A program made the translations under genes and the position numbers. A stretch of 63,410 nucleotides of DNA, counting the filler, from Conidiobolus incongruus B7586 (Eukaryota): assembly GCA_000697335.1 (NCBI GenBank). It is 7 parts of 7 records of this genome, joined end to end, with 100 filler letters (N's around TTAATTAATTAA, not from the genome) between each part and the next. Parts side by side here need not be neighbours in the genome. Positions count along the whole stretch, not along the records: positions 1 to 17,409 come from JNEM01007273.1; positions 17,510 to 27,738 come from JNEM01007274.1; 5 more parts are not named here. One strand, written 5' to 3'. The notes under the pieces were generated by a model that was given only the letters and a program-made list of their open reading frames with translations, was not told the origin of the DNA and did not search any database. Positions 13,165 through 25,763 of this stretch are shown one piece after another. How positions within the stretch are numbered: the first letter of the stretch is position 1; each line of letters begins with the position of its first letter.

Positions 13165-13526
13165 ATTTGGGTAAAATTAAATTATTGTGGTAATTAACAG
13201 ATTAAAGTAATAATTTTTGGTGTTGATATTGAAGATTATAGGATATTTTAATATTATTAATATTTTTCAAGTGAATAATTTGAGTAATTAAAGTGTTAAA
13301 TAATAAGAGAATAAATTCCAAAATTCAAGAAAATTTAAATTAATTGAATTGAAAATAATGATTTATGGGATAAATAATCGAAAAAGAGCCAAATGAAAAA
13401 AAATTAAAAATTGATAAAGATTAAGTTGAATGATGGAATTATGTATTATTAAAAAAATTAAAATGAATAAATTTAATTTGTATCAATATCATTAGTTAAT
13501 ATAGAAATTGTAATTTTGAGTATTAA

Positions 13527-13598
13527 GCCTCCGTGGCCTAGTGGTAAGGCGTCGCTCTCGTAAAGCGAAGATCTCCGGTTCAATCCCGGACGTGGGCA
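13527..13598 (+). tRNA. tRNA-Thr(CGT), intronless
   Basis: Cloverleaf GCCTCCG...CGTGGGC-A; anticodon arm TCGCT-CTCGTAA-AGCGA; T-arm TCCGG-TTCAATC-CCGGA; TTTTT downstream; one C:U mismatch in the acceptor stem. Confidence 0.93.
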
Positions 13599-13867
13599 TA
13601 TTTTTGCTGTAAGTATTTTGCTAAATTTCCATATAATTATTTATCAAATTATTTTGCTCTTTTTAGTTACTGAATCTTAAAGGAAATGTTAAATCAGCGA
13701 TTGTTAATATATTAAATATTTTATAAATAATAACAAATTACATAGGTTATATATAAATCAAAAAATGTATATTCAAAGACTTTAATGTATAAAAAATATT
13801 ATACTTTATTCCGGAGAAGCGCTAATATTAAAAAATTAATACGTTAATTACTATCGCTACGTATTAT

Positions 13868-14782
13868 TTAATGATGATTTTGACTAGGATTCAAAGGTTG
13901 ATTCTCATCAGCATCTTCCTCAAGCTCTTCAACTACGACAGTGGGTGAAACAACTTCGGGGGCAGTGCGGGTCTTTTCGTCGGCGGGGTATTCGGGAGGG
14001 GCATCAGTAGCGACACGGCCATATTCGAGGCCGCGGTCCTGTTGGCGACGACGGTAGCTGAGAATAACCATAAGGGGAAAGAGGAAGAGGGACATGCTGA
14101 GGAGTACTAAGAGACCTGACAAGGCAACGAAACTAAAGTGGCCAGAGTGGTGAAGTTTCTTGGAGCCGCAGTCGTCGAAGGGTTTGAAGAAGGTTTCGGA
14201 GTGCTCGGGTTGGAAGGTAGCGTAAGCACCTTGGTCGAGTTTGAAGGAGTCGGTATCTTGTAAATGATAGTTGACATTGGTCAAGTCAGCAGGTTCGATC
14301 CACATTAAATTGTCGTCCAACTTGGCGTCGATAGGAGTAGTGGGTTCGTCAGTGACTACAGTGTAGACAACTTCAATGTACTCGGGAGATTCTGTAGTAA
14401 CTAAAGGACCGTTGGGACTGGCCTTAAGTTGTTCGAAGGTGGGTAAATCGCCATCTTCAAGTTCAATTTCAATAATTTGGGGACCCAAATTGCTGCTAAA
14501 GGGTGCGAATAAGGAGCTGAAGAGTTCGTCCTGCTTCTTCTTAGCCTTTTCGAAGAAACTCTTGGAGGATTGGGAGAAATCTTTAAAGAGGGACTTGCTG
14601 TTATCTTCAATTTCAATAACCCAATCCTTACTCTTACTGATTGTGGTATCAAAAAGTTTGTCCATATCCTTTAACAAGGCATCCAAGTCGGGTAAGCCAG
14701 TGCTTGGAGCATGAGGCTCTGCAACAACTAATTGAGAAGCAACAGCTAATAAAGTGAAGATGTGACTGGTTGACAATTTCAT
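13868..14782 (-). CDS. Type I single-pass membrane protein with signal peptide and cytosolic PPxY motif
   Basis: 304 aa. N-terminal signal peptide (MKLSTSHIFTLLAVASQLVVA), TM helix followed by RRR, tail containing PPEY. Confidence 0.85.
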   Translation of the reverse strand: MKLSTSHIFTLLAVASQLVVAEPHAPSTGLPDLDALLKDMDKLFDTTISKSKDWVIEIEDNSKSLFKDFSQSSKSFFEKAKKKQDELFSSLFAPFSSNLGPQIIEIELEDGDLPTFEQLKASPNGPLVTTESPEYIEVVYTVVTDEPTTPIDAKLDDNLMWIEPADLTNVNYHLQDTDSFKLDQGAYATFQPEHSETFFKPFDDCGSKKLHHSGHFSFVALSGLLVLLSMSLFLFPLMVILSYRRRQQDRGLEYGRVATDAPPEYPADEKTRTAPEVVSPTVVVEELEEDADENQPLNPSQNHH

Positions 14783-16789
14783 TTTAACGCAACACTAATA
14801 AAAGAAACAAAAAATAAAAATACAAAAGGGTCAGGAATGAAAAATGAGATGTTAAGGGAGGGAGAATTGGATTTTTAAATTAATAAATCTGAAACTTGGT
14901 AAGATGATTTAATATTGGTCAATCTGTGCTTTTTTTGAGTGTGGACTATTTTTTGAAGTGGTGATCAACTCTGTTTTATATTGATCAATAAAAGGGATTC
15001 GTAATGAGTGTTATGTGGGTAGATTGAATTAGATCTTGCTTTGAACATGATGGCTCTTTATATATTTCCTCCCACCCTTACTCCTTCCTAATCGGTAAAC
15101 GCCCTTTTTATATTGTGGAGGTAATTAAGGGTTTATGGAGGGAGAATTGGCGCAGGACTGAAAATTCTTAGGATATTTAAAGTTGTCAACGTTGAATAGT
15201 TTACCTTTTGTTGATTTTCATTCCGTCTAAACATTCCAAGTTGACGGCTTTCACCAATCTGACCATTTCGTCTTTTTTCATAATATCAATATCGTAACTA
15301 TTGTTATTAATTCATTCTGAAAAGTACAATAATAGATATAGAATTTGCATTTGAATCAAACTGACACAATTAAATAATCTTAATGAAATAGCCTCTCAAT
15401 TTACATCACGGCATAAATGAAAAACCCACCCTTCCATATAATACTCCTCACCATTCTTTCACCTACATTATTCCAAGTCATATGCTCAATATTCCTCTAA
15501 TCATTATTTATTCATAAAATTTTTCAATAATGATGTGATTTTTAAGATCTCAAAAAATCATTAAAAAATATAAAATAATGAGTATATTTATTAAGAATAT
15601 TGATATATTCTGATTAATTCATCTAAATTAATCAAGCATTAAATAAATTAAAGTCAAAATATCTTCATTGATTCAATTGATATGTATTGGGGATATAGTT
15701 TATAATGATTAAAAACTTGGCACTGATTAATTTCTCTGATAAAATGTTTTTCCTTATTTTGAGCAAATTGTTTCAGTGTGACATTGTTGGATTTATGGTT
15801 TAGGAGAGAGATCCAGTTAATTGTTCTATATACTCTTTGTTAAATGATTAATGGCAATTATCAATGAAAGAATATAATTTTTTTGATTAATTAATAGCAA
15901 TTTTTATATTATGATAAAATATTCACTTGAAATTATTTTAAAGTCATTAATATATATTAGTGAATAATTAACTAAAACTCCAATTAATGGATAACAAGTT
16001 ACCATTAAATATGAAAAAATGAAACTGATGTGTTAGCTTCAATCTTGTAATCAACACAATTTTTCTCTATTTTTAACAATTATTAATTATTCTATTGATT
16101 ATTAACAAACATATGATGTTTGATATTTTAGTTTGTTTATTGATGAGATGTATAATTCTAAATTAATAATGATAAAAAATTTCTTCAAAATTAATGAATA
16201 TACGAAAAATTTATTAGTCATGTAAATTGGCCAATTTGGTGATTATTAATAATTGATAGTATTCGTCGAATTGAATTTAATTTGTAATGGAATGATGAAA
16301 TTTGATTAATTTCATATTTATAATGCTTAAGAAATAGATCATTCAATATATTTTTATATTATCTGACTATATTGAATACCTGAGCTTGTGATATCATTGA
16401 ATTTATTACTAGATCGAAATAATTCTAAAGAAATTATTAATATAATATATGCTAATATTGTTAATTATTCCAATCTGGTTGAATATAAACACTTTAACGA
16501 ATTAATTATTATTATATGCTCTATAAAATTATTATTCCATATTTTAAGTAATGGCACAATTTTAAAATTAATTTTTTATATAACTTTCAATATATAATTT
16601 AAAAAATAAATAAAATATAAAATTAATACTTTTTTATTTACAATAACTTTTTTTTCTATACTTTTGGTAAAATGATAAGACTGAAATTTGATATTTTATA
16701 TACTAATTAGATTTATTTGCAAAAATTTTTGAATAAATTCTTAACTTCTTAAAGAGTGTATAGTTAAATAAGTTATAGTCTAATATATA

Positions 16790-17409
16790 TTAGATAGAAT
16801 AGTTACTTTTATTTTAGATTAAATTTTTTATTAACTTTTAAATTTTAAGAATACATAATTATTATATAAAATTATTAAAGAATTATAAATAGCTTATGGA
16901 TATGATATTTTATTTAAATTTACTATCTTAAAACCAGAAAGAATAATATTTAAAATTTACCTAAATTTAAAAGTTTAATTTTTATTATTATACTTTTATT
17001 AATTAATAAAATAAAAAAATATATTGAAAAACACCTTTTTATTCTAGTTAGAGAATTATCTAAGTAATTTAATATTAATTATATAAGTATTTTATATATA
17101 TTAAAGTTTAAATCTAAATTAATTAATATAAAATATAAATTAGATATTTTATAATTTAACTAAAATTTAAAAAAATAAAATAACTATAGCTAAATAAAAC
17201 TTATTAAAATATTATTAAAATTAGATGTTTCTATAGCAAAATATTATAATTAATGAATTTTAAATTCTTTATATAATATTTTACTTAAAAATCAAATAAA
17301 ATATTGGGTTAGGTAAAGATTTTTTTTTAAATATTAATGAATAAATATTTTTTTAATAAGCAAATATTAATTCTTATAATAGTTTATAATGATATATAGT
17401 TTTTTTATT
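16790..17409 (+). mobile_element. Degenerate mariner transposase, 5' part (truncated by gap)
   Basis: Aligns by eye to 58570-58960. Relic motifs KTRKNNI*NLPK (~FKxGR..DLPRSG), KYIEKHLFILVRELS (HTH) and IIINEF*ILY (~IVTGDESWILY). Left boundary approximate. Confidence 0.65.
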
Positions 17410-17509
17410 NNNNNNNNNNNNNNNNNNNNNNNNNNNNNNNNNNNNNNNNNNNNTTAATTAATTAANNNNNNNNNNNNNNNNNNNNNNNNNNNNNNNNNNN
17501 NNNNNNNNN
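17410..17509. other. Assembly gap linker
   Basis: 44N + TTAATTAATTAA + 44N. Confidence 0.98.
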
Positions 17510-17696
17510 GTTAAATTTAATTAATTTTAATTGATATAATTTTTATTATTATAATATAAATTAATAATTTAATTTTTAATTTATCTTAAATAAGTGATTT
17601 ATATATGAATAAATAATTATTATAATAATACTCATTTATATATTTTCATTTGTTAAAAAATTTATAAATTATATATAATTATTAATTAATTAATAT

Positions 17697-18094
17697 TATT
17701 AAGAGACTAATTCTTTAAATTCTTATATATACTTTCATATAATTTAATTAACTATATACTATATGATTAATTTATATTTTTATAGCTAAATTAATTATAT
17801 AAATAACATTGAACTATTTAATAAACTAGGTTCTTCTTTTTCTATTTAATTCTTATTATTTCTTATCTTTTTTACTATTTCTAAGATTAAAACTGCATCT
17901 TATCAATATTACAATATATTAACACTACCTAATATAAATCTTAATATATTAATAACTTATCTTAATTTGAAGCTTAATTAAACTTTGTTTATATTTATAC
18001 ACTACACCTATATTATAGTACCACATTCTATGTTATATTACTCTTATATTAAATCTTCCTCTATATTATATTGGTATTTGCCACCACACTTACA
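17697..18094 (+). mobile_element. Solo LTR of the Gypsy/chromovirus family
   Basis: 398 bp, reverse complement of the LTRs at 30871/36178/52366/57680. Ends TATTAAGAG... (ancestral TGTT) and ...CACTTACA; flanks AATAT / GATAT. Confidence 0.92.
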
Positions 18095-19511
18095 GATATA
18101 TTATTATAATTTTTTTTGAAATTATATTAATTAAAATATAAAATAAGCTATTAAAATCTTTATATTTGAATATATTTGATAATTAAATAATGATGTTTTT
18201 ATTTCTCTCTTTTTTAGATTATTACTTTTTGAGCTTTATTAATAACTTTATTTTCAAAATAAGTGGTTTTCTAAGATTTATAACTAATGAAGTATATTTT
18301 TCAGAAATTATTGTATATATCATAAAATAATTGGTTGATTAATAGTTAGTTGTTTAAAAAATATAATAAAAGAGTAGTAATAGATAATAAAATATATTAT
18401 AAAAGGTATATAGCTATAAATTACTCTTGTTTTGAAAATATTCAAAAAGTTTATTTCAAAGAGTTTTATAAATATAATTTTATATAAGATATATAATGAT
18501 TCATTCAATTAGCCTTTGATAATGGTTTTCATGAAAATGGCTAATGGTGTGATTATTGGTTTTGTTGTATTTTATAATAAACTTTGTAAATAAAGATGGT
18601 TGTTAGAAGAGTACTTATAATATGATTTAGTAAATTATTAATTCTGCTCTTTAATGAATTGGGTTGTATGTCTTAAAACCTGATATTGAGACGTTGTAGC
18701 AAAACATTCAGAAAAACTAGAGTTCTTTTCTATTCTTACGACTTCTGTGTTTAAATAATTCATTCAGCGAGTAACATAGGTTTTGGACAAATTCTAATAA
18801 AAGGAGCTAAAGAGCATTATTTGAGTATGAACCAACAAACCCACTATAGACAGGTGGTAATGTGGACTTAACTATCAAATCCAGACAGACTGGTATTTTT
18901 GAAATAGAACAGTTTGAGTGATACTTTAATGATATCAAAAAATACAAAATTCATTATTCAATATTATAAGTTGAACATTTCTCAATCGAATATTAACTGC
19001 GAAAACTTTTAAGGTCCAGCAAAAACATATGAAATTAATGAATTATTAAATCAATACTTGAAAATTATATTTAGTACCATGTTTTGCTGATATAATATGA
19101 ATCCGTTCAGATATTATTTTAAAAAGGCGAATTAAATTATTAAATGTAATGAAAATAAATATCTGCTAAGATTTACATTATATAATTTTTTTAATCATAT
19201 CACTTAGGTGGAAAATGCTCTTTATTGAATGCGCAGTAAACTCACAAGGAAACATATTAAATATACTAAAATAATATCATATATTGCTAATTTGAATTTT
19301 TTATTCCAAAAGCTTCTATAAAGAGACAAAAGCAAAATTTCAAATATTATTTGTTAAACAAAATTTTATCCATTCCAAAATTGTTATTTTCTTTCTTTGA
19401 TTCCCATAGATTTTTAGTTTAATTCTCATTTGTCAATTAAATACAATTGAGATTTTGTTTTTTATTTATACTTTATTTTTTTTCTTCAATTTTAATATTT
19501 TTCAAAAAAGA

Positions 19512-20090
19512 ATGAGATTAACACAAGTCGGAAAATATGTTGGAGCAATTTTGATATGTCAATTAATCTCTAACTATTACATATCAATGTTCCAAATACT
19601 CCGTCCTCTCTCTATTATTAACATCGTATGCATCGTTTATCATTCGGTTCTTAAACTTGGAGCTGGGCCCGACGATACATTAAATTGTATTTTATATTTT
19701 ATACATAATGCCGTATTTTTTTCAGCCATTGTTGAATTTATTACAGGATCCTACGCTGCGTACTCAGCTATCGAATATCTCAAACAATCTAGTGAAGCAG
19801 GAATGGTAAGTACTCAAATATATAATGGAAGGTGTTCAGCTGCGTATTACTTTGATTCTGAATGTACTGAAAAAACTTTTTCTAAACAATGGGAAAAGCC
19901 ATATTTAATTTTTAAGATTGGAGGATTCAGTAGTAGAATTGGCAGTTCTATAAAGAGAATGGACGGTAATTGGAGTGGCTATCTGATCGACTGTTCACCT
20001 AATCATAGTAAAAAAGTCAGGGATAAAATCAAATATTACAAGTGGGACCGTTCTCATACTAATGATAATATGGTCGAGTGTAAAGGTTAA
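19512..20090 (+). CDS. Orphan membrane protein, DCSPN family paralogue 1
   Basis: Intronless; first ATG at 19512; 2-3 hydrophobic N-terminal segments; C-terminal domain shares CSxxY, W, G and GYxxDCSPN with paralogues 2 and 3. Confidence 0.8.
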   Translation: MRLTQVGKYVGAILICQLISNYYISMFQILRPLSIINIVCIVYHSVLKLGAGPDDTLNCILYFIHNAVFFSAIVEFITGSYAAYSAIEYLKQSSEAGMVSTQIYNGRCSAAYYFDSECTEKTFSKQWEKPYLIFKIGGFSSRIGSSIKRMDGNWSGYLIDCSPNHSKKVRDKIKYYKWDRSHTNDNMVECKG

Positions 20091-21343
20091 AAGTAATTAT
20101 TGATACGAATAAATTATTGATTCTATATTAATTACTGGCCCAATATATCTATTTAAAAAAATTTTTAAAGAATATTTCAAATTAGTCATTAAAATTGCAA
20201 TCTCTCCAATTTGTTCTACTGCATATTTAAATCAACGATATTCAAGGTAATATTAACATTGTAATTTCTCTAAGTGGAAAACTTTGTCTTTTGAATTGGA
20301 TTAAATCTATTTTGACATTATTCTAAAGAAAATGTGTTAATATTTTCATTAGCTAAGCTAATTTGACTTTAATAATCTTGAAATGATATTATATTACACA
20401 ACAATAAGTAAAAAATATATATTGGTATTTTATTTAAATATGATTTCAGTAACATATAATATATTCATTTTAATTCTGTCGACAAAAACAATTAATAAAT
20501 CCATTTCCTTCATATTTGACAATTTTGAGCAATTGAAATATTTCTGTTAAAAACCTATAAAACCATGAATCAATATTGAATTATGATAAGAATTCGGCAT
20601 GAAAAATTGAAAAATATAAACACTCAAAATAAATGGAAGAATTATAACAATGCAGCCATTAAAAATTTGCAATAGATATATAAAAAAACTAGATTAGGAG
20701 TTAATATTAGTTAATTTGTCCTCAATTGAGCTTGGCAATGGGAAAATAATAATAAACTTGAAAATGTATTTTATAAGCTTGTTCACCTTTGATTAAATAT
20801 ATACTAATTGAATAAAACAAGATAGAATTATTTTAAAAACGTTTGTTTAGTATTATAGATTGATATACAAAGCTCTGATAATATTTGAAATAAAAATGTT
20901 ATTACAAAATGATGAAAGATTTTTTAATGACATTGAATTTTCAGACTAGAAAATCTAATCAATTATCAAATTTCACTCATATGATTTCATAGATTAATAT
21001 AAAGAATAGTTTAATATATTTCCTATTACTGCGAAAATTTAGAGAAAATTTAATAGTATTATTTTAATTAAATTGAAAAAACATCGACAATATATTGGTT
21101 GACTACTTATATACTGTATAAAAATTGGATAAATTCTCAAAAAACCACTATTAATATTATACCAAATTAGAAATAATAGTAATTTTTTCATTATATAATA
21201 TAAAAAACTAGTATAAATATTAAATTTTTTGGGATCAACTTTTTATATATAAGGAACTGTAGAGGACATGATAATATTGAACTCTAATAAATTAAATTTT
21301 TCAATCTAATATTCACTTGAATTCATAATTATATTATTAAAGT

Positions 21344-21937
21344 ATGATCGATATAAAATTGATTAAATACATTGTGATCGCTTTAGTAACTGACTGGATA
21401 ATTCAAAGTTATGGTTTATACTTTTCAACAATTTTGCTTGGTGTATTGCTCCCCTTAGGATTGGTCAAGCTTACAAAACCAGAAATTGTATCACACCAAG
21501 ATAAGGGATTCAGCCTAAAATATATATCCTATAATTTATTTTATATCTTCTTATTTCCTATGTATTTTTTCTTCATATCCCTTCCAATGATTAATATCAT
21601 GTCAAGAGCATATTCTGCAATTGCTTTATATGAATCAATATACAATTCAGTACTATATGGAGTCACCAATTCTTACGCTGCTTCTAATATTTGCTCTGTT
21701 GGATACGTGTTTCCTCCTCATGAACCAACTCCAATTTTAAATACTGAATGGACTAAAATAATTCAAGTTGGTCTTGCTGGAGTTCTAAGAAGAACAATTA
21801 TTAGTGAGGGAGTAACAAATAATGGGATTTTGTATGGTTACATGCTTGATTGTTCCCCTAACCGTGAAGAAAATGTCATGCAATTTTTGAACAAATTTCG
21901 CCTCTCACCCACTAACAATAAATTCTTGCTTGATTAA
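21344..21937 (+). CDS. Orphan membrane protein, DCSPN family paralogue 2
   Basis: 197 aa, intronless; hydrophobic N-half; CSVGY...W...GYMLDCSPN; TATA-like TATATATAAGG ~100 bp upstream. Confidence 0.85.
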   Translation: MIDIKLIKYIVIALVTDWIIQSYGLYFSTILLGVLLPLGLVKLTKPEIVSHQDKGFSLKYISYNLFYIFLFPMYFFFISLPMINIMSRAYSAIALYESIYNSVLYGVTNSYAASNICSVGYVFPPHEPTPILNTEWTKIIQVGLAGVLRRTIISEGVTNNGILYGYMLDCSPNREENVMQFLNKFRLSPTNNKFLLD

Positions 21938-24900
21938 AAAATGCAATATACTTGTTTGATGATTTAGTATAATTTCACAATATATAGCTATAAAACTATA
22001 ATTATGATAATAATAATTTCTTTTGGGTTCTAGTATTATGGTAACGCAGTCTGAGGAGATATTAAATAAATTTTTATCTTAATATCTTGAAATTTATTAT
22101 TTTTCAACTAAAATGATTTTATGATTGATATATTAGAAAAAAATGAAAATATGGTTTTAAATAATAGTTTGCACATATATTTCCTTATTTAATAGTGATC
22201 TTTAATAAATAAATAAATAAATATCACTCTTGAAGGATTTATAGTTCTGAGCTCAAGATTAAATTAATATGGTCTTATTGTATAATTATTGTTAGCAAAA
22301 AAGATCATATTTTAATTTTTAAAAAATATATCTTATATTCTACAGATGATATATATAAGTAAATATTTTGAATAATATATAAATATTATTTCAGATAATA
22401 CTGAAAAATATGGGTAAAAAAGTATAATATTGATTTTAGAGTGTGAATATAATATTATAATTTTGTATTAAATTAATTTTGATCAATATTTAATAACTTT
22501 TGTCTTATAAATAAAATGTATATTTTGTAATTAATATATTTTCAAAAACATTTTAATCCTCTTGAAGTTAAATAATGATAATTTTATGATATATTTTCAT
22601 ATCATTTTAGTGCAAAGTTAAATCCCTTATTATTGGTTGCAAAAGATTCATAATTAATTCATATTTCAAACTAATTAATAATATTAATATTGATTATTTG
22701 TTAAACAACTTTAGTGAATATTATACTATTATATATATTTAAAATATGAAGGAACATAATAAAACCTCAAATACAAATGCATTTTTAACATAATTTATTT
22801 AAAAACATTTAATTAATTTTAAGATATTATTTTTTATCAAAATGAGAGTATTTAAGAAAATAAAATATTCAATAAAATTTGAAAATTAAATATGTAGGTA
22901 TATTTAGTCATTAATTTTATTAATATTATATTTCCTAATTGATAATAGTATATAATAATTTTTAGATTTATATTTAATCCTGGTGTTTTTTGTGAAAGTT
23001 TCAATAATATTGGAGGATAAACTAAAAAGTGATCCTTTAAAATTTGATAATTATTCAAAAAATATATATTTCAATCTATCCTTTGCCGATTATTCTATAA
23101 CTAACTAGATTTAATTTTCATAAACTAATTTTTTGTCTGGACATTTTTTGAACTTAAAATAGTCGTGGTATATAATTGACTAAATCCAATTTTATCCTAA
23201 TGATAAGATGAAAATATTAAAAATTATTATGAATGATTTTAATAAAAGTTAGTTCTAATTATTAATAAGTTAGATATAGTAATTAATATAGTAATGTTGT
23301 TTCCCCTTTATTTTGTAGTTTATTTTAAATAGAATACCCAATTCAAGTAATATAAGTTAATCATCAGAAGCTCATTAATTTTTATTATTTTATATTACAA
23401 TATTGCTAAGTTTTAATAATAATAATATGTAAATCTTTTCATAATTCTGTGTATATCTGACTAGTTAAAGATACAATTAAATTCAAATTGCAATAAATGG
23501 AGTATTTTTAATAAATATTGGGAAAAAATGAAATATTAATTAACAGTATAAATTAATAGATAATAAAAAGTATTAATTTGAACTAAAATTTCAATGTTTT
23601 ATTGATAATTATATACAATTATGTATATATTTTTATATTGTGCAGAAATTATTCAGAAGTATTATTTAATATAAATTTTGAATATTGAATGGTTGTATAT
23701 ATATAGAATTTAAAATATCAAAGTTATTATTATTAACCTTTAGTTTTTCATTTATTTTGTATATTTACTTCAAATAAATCTTTTAAATTGGAACTTGATC
23801 TAAGAAATCACAATTTTCGATTTACAATAATAGAAATATCTTTTTTTTCTTAAAATATTTCTCTAGCGTCTATTTATAAAGGTTCAAAGAAGCATTATTA
23901 TTTGATTTACACTCTAATAACAAATTGCTAACAAAAATGATTGTTAATAATCTCTAAAACACATTGAAACCATAGATAGACTAGCGAAAGTTAGAGTGGT
24001 AATATCGGCCATGCTACAGGCCGAGAGAGCTTCAAGGACTACCTGGACCAAGTAAGGTACATATATGACTAAATAAGCGGCCAGCATGGTGCGAAGAGTT
24101 GGAATATAAGCCACCGTTCATGGTTCTATAATGATGAAAGGGCCAGAAGTCATGACGGCCAAAATATATACGGACAATTACTATATTAAGTTAGGTACAG
24201 AGATTTATTACCTTAATTATAGGATAGCAATCGAGTCAGTAAGCTGAGTTTAATCGAGGGGAAGATTAAAGAACGCCGTGATTATAAAACCATGTTACTT
24301 TATCGAGAGCTCGTAGATCCACAAGTGCAAACGCCTCCATGATTCCCAATCCATCTCAATCGATTTTGGCAAGAGATCGTGATAATTGCAAGATGATTTG
24401 ACTGGTTACTCAATCGACACCTCTAACACATAATTAATATTGAACAAATTTCCTTCTCAGCGATTGTTATATTTATAATCAAAAAGTTTGTATATTGGGG
24501 ATATTTTCAAAACCAAATATTTTAATTTTATCAAATGAGATTTTATTTAAATGGGTTTAAAAATATTATTAATTCAAAAATTTTCGATTTTTTTATTTAT
24601 AATTTATATTTCAAACATTTGTAATATTATATTTTAATAAAAAAATAATATTTGAAATATTAATAACTCAATCCTTTATTATTTATTCACTCGAAAATCA
24701 ATAATCTATTTTATATATGTAATCATTGAAATATTACAACGTTCTGATTTTTTAAGAATATAATAGAAAAATACAAATTACTTCTACAATTTTATGTTTA
24801 TCAGAGTATGTACAATTTACTTGATATTTAAATTCCATTTGCCTTTTTGATTTATTTTGAATCATTAAAATATTACTCACTTTTATACCTATTATTTTTC

Positions 24901-25763
24901 ATATACTAATATAAATGGTTATTAATTAATTTCTTTTAATATGAATAATATATGTTCTATTTTATATTTTTTTTAAATCTTAGATTATATTAATGCAAAA
25001 TAAACCTAATACAATTGAAAAACTAATGAATAACTTTAACAGGATTTATAGTATTTTTAAAAATTTAGTGATTTAATTAAATCTAATTAATTTGATTTCT
25101 CATATTGAAAAATATAATCAAGTTGGATAATTTGATTATATGAAATATTTGAAATTTTGAGTTGAAATACTATTAAGGACATTTGATTTTTGCGTTATCA
25201 AAATTAATACGAGTTTTTAGTGAGAAATAGCTTTATATTTACACGTGTTTTGTATTTCAAAATTGCCTATCTGTTTCAATTTGATAGTTAGGTCAATAGT
25301 ACCCATCATTCAGAGTGGCTTTGTTGGTCTATAATCAAATGATATTCTTTATTTCCTTTTATTAGAATTTATCCAAATCCTAAGTCATTTACTGATCAAA
25401 CTATTTAAACCCAAGGGTGACAAAGAAAGAAAATTGGATATTCTACTAAAACATTTCAACGGTAAGTAAATTTAAACAAATACAATCCCATAACATTAAG
25501 ATCAGGATTAATAAATTAACTTTCCAAACTGAATTACAAAACCTTTTCTAATAACAATCTTTATTTATAGAGTATATTACAAAACGCAACAGCATGCACA
25601 TGTAAATGGCTTGATTTAGTTGAATAGATAGTATATAGGGTAAGAAAATTCTAAGACAAGATATTAATTTTATTTTTGAACTTTATTATAATTATTCACA
25701 ATTTTTAACCTGAAATTTTAATTATTTAGATTTAAATTTATTGATGTATTTTAATTATACCAG

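Noticed and set aside
17454..17465. Recurrent TTAATTAATTAA as a biological repeat or CRISPR-like motif
   Set aside because: Always centred in a 100-bp N block, so it is an assembly linker.
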